A stretch of 64,000 bases of DNA from IMG/VR virus record IMGVR_UViG_3300020042_013559. One strand, given 5' to 3'. The position numbers were made by a program, and so were the translations under genes. Origin of the DNA: an uncultured virus (IMG/VR IMGVR_UViG_3300020042_013559). Lineage: Duplodnaviria; Heunggongvirae; Uroviricota; Caudoviricetes. The stretch's first letter is position 1. Each line of letters opens with the position of its first letter. The notes under the pieces were generated by a model. It did not search any database. It had not been told where the DNA came from and worked only from the letters and a program-made list of their open reading frames with translations. Shown here piece after piece: positions 37,837 to 46,227 of the stretch.

Positions 37837-38145
37837 ATGAATAAACTACACACCCTCGTATCGGTGTTGACCTTGGTTGCTGCCATGTCCTTTGCGGACA
37901 CTGGTTCTGCCACGACAGCTTCCGATTCGGATGAAATCACAGCTGAAGGAGTTGTTTTGTCGATTGCTGATCTTGTTATCGTGCGTCCCATTTCAACAGC
38001 CGGAACCGTCGTAGGTTTTGGTCTTTTTGCAGTGTCCAGTCCGTTTCTGGCCATGGCTGACGAAGTTGACTCTGGTTATGATGTTCTGGTAGCAAAGCCT
38101 GGTGAATTCACTTTTCATCGTGATCTGGGCGACTTCAATCAGTAA
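37837..38145 (+). CDS. Exported/membrane protein of bacterial type (DLV..RP...TF.R.LG family)
   Basis: Signal peptide; hydrophobic helix; followed by a terminator. Confidence 0.6.
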   Translation: MNKLHTLVSVLTLVAAMSFADTGSATTASDSDEITAEGVVLSIADLVIVRPISTAGTVVGFGLFAVSSPFLAMADEVDSGYDVLVAKPGEFTFHRDLGDFNQ

Positions 38146-38159
38146 TATCATCTAAAAAG

Positions 38160-38198
38160 AAATACCCAGATGGCTTTTAAACCATCTGGGTATTTTTT
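38160..38198. terminator. Bidirectional intrinsic terminator
   Basis: AAATACCCAGATGG-loop-CCATCTGGGTATTT between convergent genes. Confidence 0.85.
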
Positions 38199-38210
38199 AT
38201 ATCTGGACTA

Positions 38211-38420
38211 TCACTTACGCTTTTTACGATTTGTTTTCTTGGGAGCAGACTTTTCAGTATCCACAAAATTCTGTAATGCTTTTACTGCACCAATTTCAAA
38301 ATATTGATCTTCTGTGATTACACTGCGACCATAATCAGTAATGGTTTTTCGTTCTATATCTGATATATTTTCAAAGTCTACTCTATACATTGTTATTTTT
38401 TTAATTTTGCCAATTTTCAT
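38211..38420 (-). CDS. Hypothetical protein
   Basis: Coupled ORF. Confidence 0.55.
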   Translation of the reverse strand: MKIGKIKKITMYRVDFENISDIERKTITDYGRSVITEDQYFEIGAVKALQNFVDTEKSAPKKTNRKKRK

Positions 38421-38698
38421 TTATTTTCCTCCAATTCTTTTATTTTGTTTTGTGCTTCTTCTAATGTTTGGTATGACCATCCAAAATCTCCCCATTGACT
38501 ATCACAAGGATAAACTTCTGAGGGAGGAATTTTGTTTCCCATGATTTCATAACCATTGTGCGATTTTATAACGATTACCTCATATGTCAAGCTTCCATGT
38601 TCAATGTGTTTTTGCGTATAAATTGCAAAATTTTCTTTTCTGTAAATTTGTTCATAATGAAAGTTTTTTCGATCAAAACTCTTTTCCAATATTTTCAT
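38417..38698 (-). CDS. Hypothetical protein
   Basis: YEV...E.YP....WG..GW motif. Confidence 0.6.
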   Translation of the reverse strand: MKILEKSFDRKNFHYEQIYRKENFAIYTQKHIEHGSLTYEVIVIKSHNGYEIMGNKIPPSEVYPCDSQWGDFGWSYQTLEEAQNKIKELEENK

Positions 38699-38776
38699 AT
38701 TTGTATTTTATGTGGACAAAAAATAAGTCAATAAAAAATATACAACCAGGCTGAAAAATTTTTTAATTTAAGCAAA

Positions 38777-39211
38777 TTACTTAATATATCCTAAAATTAA
38801 ACTTTTGTTGTTTTGTAAAAATCCTGAATCAGGATTTGGCAATTTGCTAACTGCCTGTTCAAAACTGAAGAATTTGGCTTGAGGATTGCGTCTATCCAAA
38901 GGTTGCAGTTTTTGGTTTTCTACTTGAAACAAATACATGAAAACCAATCTTTTCTTTCCTTTGCGAGTCGGTCTGTAATATTGGCCCAATGATTTTATAG
39001 GATACAATGAACGAATGCCTGTTTCTTCCCGTATTTCCCTTATGGCAGCATCCAAGGGCGATTCACCTTCATCAATTCCACCTTTTGGAAAACTCCAAGA
39101 ACCATCCTTCTCTTGAACAAGAACAATATTTGCTTTTTTATCAAAAAGAATGCCGCCAGCACTGCGACGTTTTGCAATTTTTTTAATTTCCGAAAAACTC
39201 GGAAATTTCAT
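38777..39211 (-). CDS. NUDIX hydrolase
   Basis: W.FPKGGIDEGESPLDAAIREIREETG Nudix box. Confidence 0.92.
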   Translation of the reverse strand: MKFPSFSEIKKIAKRRSAGGILFDKKANIVLVQEKDGSWSFPKGGIDEGESPLDAAIREIREETGIRSLYPIKSLGQYYRPTRKGKKRLVFMYLFQVENQKLQPLDRRNPQAKFFSFEQAVSKLPNPDSGFLQNNKSLILGYIK

Positions 39212-39423
39212 TATTTCTTGCTTTTTTTGCTTTTCTTTTTGGTGGATTTTTTAACAGTCTTTTTGGAAGGTGTTTTTTCAATATAAGATTCGCCAACAAA
39301 AGGATCTTCAACATCCTTTGAGGGAAACAAATTGAGAACTGTGTTTTTCAGATCTTCGATCTTCCAAACCACTGTCCAACGAACCGTTTCAATCACATTT
39401 AACAGATCATTTAATATTTTCAT
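39211..39423 (-). CDS. Late hypothetical protein
   Basis: TAAATA upstream; Lys-rich tail. Confidence 0.55.
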   Translation of the reverse strand: MKILNDLLNVIETVRWTVVWKIEDLKNTVLNLFPSKDVEDPFVGESYIEKTPSKKTVKKSTKKKSKKSKK

Positions 39424-39435
39424 ATTATATATTAT

Positions 39436-41139
39436 TTAATGTCGATCCACCTTTTTAATGATATCTTCTGCAATTTGTTTACGATCAATATTTTGTGAAA
39501 CAAAATCAATAAAGTTACTCTTTTCTTCTTCTGTTTGTTCAGCACTGACATCAGGTATTAATGATCCTAATTTTGTATAATATGATGGATTTTCCAGAAT
39601 ATTAAAAAATGTTGCAGTGTCACCTTCCTGAAAAACATCCAACAAAGAATCATAAGGAATGGTAAGAATGTTCTTTCTGCCCTTTTTATCAATAACGATT
39701 CCTCGGCTTTTAAAAGCATCCATTACGGTATTTTTCAAATATTTGTTGGATATTTTTTTAATATGAGCATTTAAAACATTTCTGCATATGCTGTAAAATT
39801 CATCGGAACTTTCCGGTGTTTCAGCAATATCATCATAAACACGAATTACATTTTTTCTTTGTTGTGGACTTAAAATGCTGTTTAAAACAAAAGGTACAGT
39901 TTCAGAGTCTTCATTTCCATCAAAAAACACACTGACAGGATTATAAAGAAAACCTTGAATGACTCGATTGATTCCATAATTGTAAAAATCTTCAAAAAAT
40001 TCATCAGCTTCACCTTTTACAATCGTAAGCTCCATTCCTTCGTCATTGAAAGTTGCTTTGTTTTCAAAAGCATCGGAAAGAATTTGTAATCCTTTATTCA
40101 ATCTATCCAAATCCAACTGACCTTGAACAATCATGGTCACAATATTGCGCACTGAAAGATTCTGGAAGAATTGATCTGGTTCTTTATCCAGTATGGATAT
40201 TCCACCTGTTAACAATTTTGCTTTGCGCAGATCATCTTCATCTGGTTCTGTTTTTTCATAATCATCCAATATGACCTGACCAATAATCGGATGGTTGCTG
40301 AAAAATTCAAAAACATCAATTGAACGATCATCTGAATCCATATATTGACCGCTGGGAAAATGAAATTGAAATTTCACCAATTCATCTTTCTTTTTCAGGA
40401 ACACCACATAAAGAGGGCCGTCTTTGGTGTAGGTGTCATAATAAGTGTTGTTGCTGCTGCGAGCAGCCGTGCACCATCTGGTATTGTTTCCCAAGCTTTG
40501 CGATGCAGACAGTGTTAATGGAACACCCACAAAATACTGGCTATTATCCAACAGAATGCGAACTTTGCTTTTGTCTTTGATATCTTCTTCTTGATATTTG
40601 GGAACAAAAGGTTTGATGATGTAGTAAAGCGTGGTAAAATCCGGTATTTGATTAATGTCCCTCACATTCTTTTTGTTTAGGGAAACCTTGCTTTTGTTTT
40701 TGTCGTAAATTTTCAAATCGCTGTTCACCTTGTAAAGATCCTGATTTAAAAATCTTTTAAAATCACTCAGTGTTTTTCCAGCCCCTTCGCCTTTTTCATC
40801 GAATATTTTCAGAAATGTTTTGAGTATCCAATCGCTGTATTGACCGGCATATCCTGCTCCTTTTTCCATGTCCACTTTGCTGAAGGGATCTGCACTGATC
40901 AAAAGATCAATAGTATCGCTGAGAAAATCCAGATAGCTTTTGTATTTTTCGTTTGTTTCAGTTCCTTTTTTGAATTCCTCGTAACTGCTGGGCAGATTAC
41001 TTTCATCGGGCCAAATGTGCAACAGTTTAGAATAGAATATAGGAAGATATTTGCTTTTGAGAAATTCCAGGCGATCCACATTTTCCCTCAAAACATTTCT
41101 TTCATAGCTTTCTCGTATGTTCTGCAAATCTTTTCTCAT
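39436..41139 (-). CDS. Large late hypothetical protein with TRWCTA domain
   Basis: TAAATA upstream; T.WCTA...Y..Y...GPLY...KFQFHF...Q.MD..D. Confidence 0.7.
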   Translation of the reverse strand: MRKDLQNIRESYERNVLRENVDRLEFLKSKYLPIFYSKLLHIWPDESNLPSSYEEFKKGTETNEKYKSYLDFLSDTIDLLISADPFSKVDMEKGAGYAGQYSDWILKTFLKIFDEKGEGAGKTLSDFKRFLNQDLYKVNSDLKIYDKNKSKVSLNKKNVRDINQIPDFTTLYYIIKPFVPKYQEEDIKDKSKVRILLDNSQYFVGVPLTLSASQSLGNNTRWCTAARSSNNTYYDTYTKDGPLYVVFLKKKDELVKFQFHFPSGQYMDSDDRSIDVFEFFSNHPIIGQVILDDYEKTEPDEDDLRKAKLLTGGISILDKEPDQFFQNLSVRNIVTMIVQGQLDLDRLNKGLQILSDAFENKATFNDEGMELTIVKGEADEFFEDFYNYGINRVIQGFLYNPVSVFFDGNEDSETVPFVLNSILSPQQRKNVIRVYDDIAETPESSDEFYSICRNVLNAHIKKISNKYLKNTVMDAFKSRGIVIDKKGRKNILTIPYDSLLDVFQEGDTATFFNILENPSYYTKLGSLIPDVSAEQTEEEKSNFIDFVSQNIDRKQIAEDIIKKVDRH

Positions 41140-41174
41140 GTTTGTTATTATTTATAAAAAAACGATTTTGTCAA

Positions 41175-41309
41175 CTAAAGACTTGGTTGCATGCCGGAAC
41201 CTGCTGCAGGCAGAAAAGCAGTATTGGGCATGGTGGTGGCATCCATGCCCTTATTCTTTACAAAATATTTGAAAGGCGGTATTTTGCGTCTTTTCTTTGA
41301 CTTTTTCAC
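41175..41309 (-). CDS. 44-aa basic late peptide (below track cutoff)
   Basis: GTG start 6 nt after TAAATA; MKKSKKRRKIPPFKYFVKNKG... Confidence 0.45.
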   Translation of the reverse strand: MKKSKKRRKIPPFKYFVKNKGMDATTMPNTAFLPAAGSGMQPSL

Positions 41310-41338
41310 CCTTGTATTTACTATAGATAAATAACGTT

Positions 41339-42472
41339 ATGAGTGAAAGTTATCAACCATATTCACGAAGCAATTCTGGATACAATCCTTTCAATGTGTT
41401 TTTTTATTACACACATCATTTTAAAAAGCAGCCATTGGTGTTCAAATTGAACAATCTGCTGATCAGCGACAACATTTTGAGCAAATTGGAAAAAAAAGGA
41501 TCGCTAAAAATTTTTGACAGCAAAACAGATTATCGCAGCAAAAAAAGTGACAAGAGGGATGTGTTTACCACTCAGCTTTATTACACATATAAAGATGCAG
41601 TGGTGTGCTTGGATCGTACCAAAGATGATGAGGATGATTATGGTGTGTTTTCTCCAAATGAAGCATTCGAGGAAAAAATGGAAAGCAAAAGTTTCTGGGT
41701 ACAGATTCTTTATACTGAAATACAAACATTGGAAGAAATACGAGGAATGTTTGAATACAAAGAAAATGTCAAAAAAGGAAATGTGTTTCTGATTTGTCAG
41801 GATGGCATTGAAGGAACATATTTGAAAAAATTTGATATTAAACTGCCCAGCGATGATATTGATATTGAACTGAATTATGGAAAAGATTTTAGAAATAAAT
41901 ATGACAAAATTTTGGAAAAATTAAAAGATGATAAGAAAAGTGGATTGGTTCTTTTTTCTGGCGTTCCTGGCAGTGGCAAAACCACAGTTGTTAAAAATCT
42001 GGCCATGAATATTGACAAAAAAATAATATTTGTTCCACCTGGTACAGTGGATATTATCACTACTCCTGGATTTTTGAATTTTATGCTGGCTCATAAAAAC
42101 AGCATTCTTTTGATTGAAGATGCTGAAAAAGTCATACGCAGCCGGGAAGGTGAAGGCAGCAACCCTGAAGGTGTCAGCAACATATTGAATCTTACTGACG
42201 GTTTTCTTGGGGATTGTTTGAATTTGTTTATTATAGCAACTTTCAACACTCCTCGTGAAAAAATTGATAAAGCATTGATACGCAAGGGCCGTCTTATTGC
42301 AGAGCATCATTTTGAAGAATTGGATGTTGAACAATCAAATAAAATTTTGAAAAAAATAGGCAGCAAACGGGTTGCTGAAAAAAACATGACGCTTGCCGAA
42401 ATATATAATGAAGAAGGTGGTATGGATGATAAAGAAAAGGATAAAGAAAAGAAAAGAATAGGCTTTGTTTAA
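41339..42472 (+). CDS. AAA+ ATPase
   Basis: G.PGSGKT; LLIEDAE; LNLTDG; ID.AL.RKGR; C-terminal IGF. Confidence 0.9.
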   Translation: MSESYQPYSRSNSGYNPFNVFFYYTHHFKKQPLVFKLNNLLISDNILSKLEKKGSLKIFDSKTDYRSKKSDKRDVFTTQLYYTYKDAVVCLDRTKDDEDDYGVFSPNEAFEEKMESKSFWVQILYTEIQTLEEIRGMFEYKENVKKGNVFLICQDGIEGTYLKKFDIKLPSDDIDIELNYGKDFRNKYDKILEKLKDDKKSGLVLFSGVPGSGKTTVVKNLAMNIDKKIIFVPPGTVDIITTPGFLNFMLAHKNSILLIEDAEKVIRSREGEGSNPEGVSNILNLTDGFLGDCLNLFIIATFNTPREKIDKALIRKGRLIAEHHFEELDVEQSNKILKKIGSKRVAEKNMTLAEIYNEEGGMDDKEKDKEKKRIGFV

Positions 42473-42508
42473 AAGAATTTGTGCCTTGTTTGAGTAAATA
42501 ATAAAAGA

Positions 42509-45500
42509 ATGGCACTCAAGAATTTTACACAATTTACTCCTCAAACTGTTCTCAGCGCCACAGACTTTGTGGTGGGTTATCGCAATGTAGACGAAATACG
42601 CACTGATCTGGACAGTCTTACAGTTGCCATCAGCGGATTGCTTATTGCAAAAGGTTTCACACCAGGCGGTAGTGTTGGAACAGTAAAACGAATCAATTAT
42701 CGTTACACAATTGATCTTGGTGAAAATCTAAATGCTGTCAGTGGCATGGATGATTACGGCAATTATCTTTCATACACAGTGGGTCAGTTGGATGTGTTTC
42801 GCAATGGTGTGCATCTTGTGGATAGTCAAGATTTCATAGCAAATAACAGCACACAAATCAGAAACTTGAGCACCATGAATATTGGTGACGTGGTGGATGT
42901 GGTCACACTCAGTGCAACAGGTGTCACCATCACAAATCTTATTAGCGGAGGCGGAACTGTTTTCCAAACCAATTATCGTTACACATGTCCAACCACAGTT
43001 GCAATTGGAACCATCAACATATCTGGTGCAGACGATCTGGGAAATACTCTTCTTTATTCTTCGCCAACTTTGGATGTGTATTTGAACGGAAGTCATCTGG
43101 TCAATGGACAGGATTACTCAGCATCAAATGGAAGCACCATCACTTTATCAGAAGGATTGAGCAGCGGTGACGTGTTGGATGTGGCCACTCTCAGTGCTTA
43201 TGACATTGGTGGTTTGGGAGGAGTAAGCCGCATCATAGCAGGTCCGGGAATAATATTGAATCCCAGCAGCGGATTGGGCGATGTGACCATTACTGGAAAC
43301 ACATTTCAACTTACCGGAGGAGATATTGTTATTCCAGTGGGCAGCACCCGCACTTATAAAAAACTAAGCACTGCGTTCAACAGCATGAGTTCATATTTGC
43401 TAGATTCGGGAGAAAGTAGTGTGACATTTGCAATAGATCCTGAAGCAATTGATGAAAATGATGTGATGGTGCTGAATCATCCAAATGGTCAATTTTTTAC
43501 ATTAAGTGGATCATATCAAGAAGGATTTGTTTCCACGGGAATCAATCCTGTGACAAACGTGCAAATGGCAACAGGAGCTGCTCTTAGTGCAACTTTCACT
43601 TTTGACGACACACTGACTAATCCTCTAGTAAATGATTATGTCTGCATATGGTATGTTAGTGGAGCCAAAGCTATACAAAATGTTAGTTTGGGAGCTGCTC
43701 AAGCAAGTGGACAACCTTCATTATATTCAGGTTATAATAGTAACTTAGATTCTACATTAAACGGGAATGGCGAATCTTTGCTAACCAGTGGCGCTTATGT
43801 TGTTTATTCTGTTTTGCGAGATTCAACAGCAGGTGCAACTTTGTCTGGAACTTATCAATCACTTTCTGGAGTTGTAACATATAGAAGCAAATATGGAGCT
43901 ACAACACTCAATCAGTTTGATATTAATTTATCAAATACTGCAGCCCCAGACGGAACAACAAGTCTAGCCACATTTGCGAGTGCAGATCGAAGACGTATAT
44001 TCATGGATTATGGAACACCTGAAGCATGGAAAGGAAACAGAATAATAGGCGCAACAGGAAGTACAGATCACACACTCACATTCAGTGATGCTCGAGCCAC
44101 CAACACATATTTGAATCGGGGTGATTGTTTGTTGATTTTAAATCAAGTGGCTGTTGTTAAAGAGGTATTTGGCACCAATACGTGTATTGTTACAGGACTG
44201 ATAAGATTTCCCATCCCACTTGGCTATACCACCACATATGCAAGTCTTCCTGCTGCCATGCAAACCCAAGGATTTTATTACATGGTGAATAGTCGTTTGG
44301 ATTATTATTATGGATCTCACAGGGTTGCTGCTCGATCAGGAAGCAGTGTAACTATTGAAGTGTGCCAAACAGTATGCGGAGGATTAAGTAGTTCAGCAGC
44401 TACTCAAGGAGAATCATTTTTTCCTCTTCCTCGTTATGGTGTGAGATCTTTGGGTAGTAAAGATACTGACATCGTCAGCAATGACCTGTTTCGTTTCAAC
44501 AGAAGCAAAACTGAAAACAAAGTTTTAAAATCGATAATAAATTTAAAAGCTAGTCCTGGATTGGTTGTATATGGAAGCAGATTAAATTTTGATAGCTTGG
44601 TTTTCAACATGCAACAAAATCCAAGTGGATATAGTCCCGATTCAGGAATTTATTCTTCAATTAATAATACAGGAATGGAGTTTGGATCTTCTGTTGGAAC
44701 AAATACAAACACAACCATAAACGCAAGTTCAGATATAACAATGTTGCATGTGGTGGTAAATTATTCTTTAAGTTCACAAAAAAATGCATTTGGAATAATT
44801 GCACGTAACAATACATCATTGAATTCCAACTTTTTGACATTCAATTCACAACCTAAACCCAATTTGATCACAGAACACACACTTTCTGATGGCAACTTTT
44901 ATTTAAAAGTACCAACGAATTTGACTCTTGTTCAATCAAGACTAACCTCAAAATATCTTGCGATGAATGGCGGGGGCAACCTTGCGGCTCGAGGAGCTCT
45001 TACTACAGATTCAGATTCTTCAGTTGTACTTTCTTACACGTATATAAAAAATACAAACATATATCCTTTCTTTTTTGACGATACAAGTGTGGAAATGAGA
45101 GGCACAATTATCAATAATGTGGGATTTTATGGGGATTATATTGGCGCTAATTACCCAAACACTAGTTATTATTACGATTCTAATACTCGAGGCGCAGCTA
45201 TAGAAAATTGTGCAAATCCAGTTATTTTTGGTTGTCTCCATATTGGGGGGTTGAAATCGCTTATACCAGGTTTTGCTTTTGATGCTTGTAATGGTGCTTA
45301 TATGCTGGGTGTTGCAGTTTGGAATTGCGCTCAACCCAGCGGCTTTTCATCTTATGGTGGAATTACGTTCAATAGTTGTATAGGCAGTCTGCTTTATTTT
45401 AGTTTTATTAGTGATAGTGCTTCAGGTTCCACCTATGGGGGTGTTGGTCTAACAACAGGAGGCAGTTTAAAGATATGTGATACTGCATTTTCCAGAGGAA

Positions 45501-45796
45501 GTTTTGGTCTTTCTCTTGCAGACAACTCAGATATAACTTACGTTTGGGGTGGCACAAGAAATACTACGTTTCTTTATAACAACACTACAATTAGTGTAGG
45601 ATCAAATACAAGATTGAGTTTGGACACTTTTGGTGTATTTAATTATTTGAATTATTTGTATGTTTTGAATGGTTATAATTCAACAGCAAGCCTTACTAGT
45701 GTTCTTTTAGGAGGTGTTCCCAATACCACATTTAGTGGCATAACGCAAAATGCAGTCGCATGGGCAGGTACGAATTCTTTTTTGAGATACACATAA
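42509..45796 (+). CDS. Tail fibre/spike protein with duplicated N-terminal module and beta-helix-like C-terminus
   Basis: 1095 aa, rich in S/T/G; two NYRYT...SG.DD.GN.L.Y...LDV..NG.HLV modules; followed by a chaperone gene. Confidence 0.75.
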   Translation: MALKNFTQFTPQTVLSATDFVVGYRNVDEIRTDLDSLTVAISGLLIAKGFTPGGSVGTVKRINYRYTIDLGENLNAVSGMDDYGNYLSYTVGQLDVFRNGVHLVDSQDFIANNSTQIRNLSTMNIGDVVDVVTLSATGVTITNLISGGGTVFQTNYRYTCPTTVAIGTINISGADDLGNTLLYSSPTLDVYLNGSHLVNGQDYSASNGSTITLSEGLSSGDVLDVATLSAYDIGGLGGVSRIIAGPGIILNPSSGLGDVTITGNTFQLTGGDIVIPVGSTRTYKKLSTAFNSMSSYLLDSGESSVTFAIDPEAIDENDVMVLNHPNGQFFTLSGSYQEGFVSTGINPVTNVQMATGAALSATFTFDDTLTNPLVNDYVCIWYVSGAKAIQNVSLGAAQASGQPSLYSGYNSNLDSTLNGNGESLLTSGAYVVYSVLRDSTAGATLSGTYQSLSGVVTYRSKYGATTLNQFDINLSNTAAPDGTTSLATFASADRRRIFMDYGTPEAWKGNRIIGATGSTDHTLTFSDARATNTYLNRGDCLLILNQVAVVKEVFGTNTCIVTGLIRFPIPLGYTTTYASLPAAMQTQGFYYMVNSRLDYYYGSHRVAARSGSSVTIEVCQTVCGGLSSSAATQGESFFPLPRYGVRSLGSKDTDIVSNDLFRFNRSKTENKVLKSIINLKASPGLVVYGSRLNFDSLVFNMQQNPSGYSPDSGIYSSINNTGMEFGSSVGTNTNTTINASSDITMLHVVVNYSLSSQKNAFGIIARNNTSLNSNFLTFNSQPKPNLITEHTLSDGNFYLKVPTNLTLVQSRLTSKYLAMNGGGNLAARGALTTDSDSSVVLSYTYIKNTNIYPFFFDDTSVEMRGTIINNVGFYGDYIGANYPNTSYYYDSNTRGAAIENCANPVIFGCLHIGGLKSLIPGFAFDACNGAYMLGVAVWNCAQPSGFSSYGGITFNSCIGSLLYFSFISDSASGSTYGGVGLTTGGSLKICDTAFSRGSFGLSLADNSDITYVWGGTRNTTFLYNNTTISVGSNTRLSLDTFGVFNYLNYLYVLNGYNSTASLTSVLLGGVPNTTFSGITQNAVAWAGTNSFLRYT

Positions 45797-45797
45797 T

Positions 45798-46217
45798 ATG
45801 AAAATAATAGTAACACAATCAAATAATGTTTTTGGACCTGTTGGGGATGATATCACACCTGAATTGCTGGGTTATGCAAACGAACCTTACAGCAACATAT
45901 TTTTTCCAATTTTAACACCTTTAAAAAGTGAACAGGTTGCAGTGTATGTAGACCCTATTGATCCTGCAAGAAGCATTTACAAAAATATTTTAATCAATCC
46001 TTGGACATATTGGAATAACGATACAAAACTAGCCAGCATTCGTTTGCAAAGGAATTATCTATTGAGTCAAACAGATTGGACAGCATTGAATGATGTGCCT
46101 CTTTCTCCAGAAGAGAAAACGGCTTATGAAAATTATCGGCAACAACTGAGGGATTTTCCAGACGTTGTTGATCTGGATTTGCCGATTGAAGAGATAATCT
46201 GGCCAACCAAACCATAA
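45798..46217 (+). CDS. Tail fibre assembly chaperone
   Basis: IR..RN.LL..TDW....D.PL......YRQ.LRD.P......WP..P. Confidence 0.88.
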   Translation: MKIIVTQSNNVFGPVGDDITPELLGYANEPYSNIFFPILTPLKSEQVAVYVDPIDPARSIYKNILINPWTYWNNDTKLASIRLQRNYLLSQTDWTALNDVPLSPEEKTAYENYRQQLRDFPDVVDLDLPIEEIIWPTKP

Positions 46218-46227
46218 ATAATAATAT

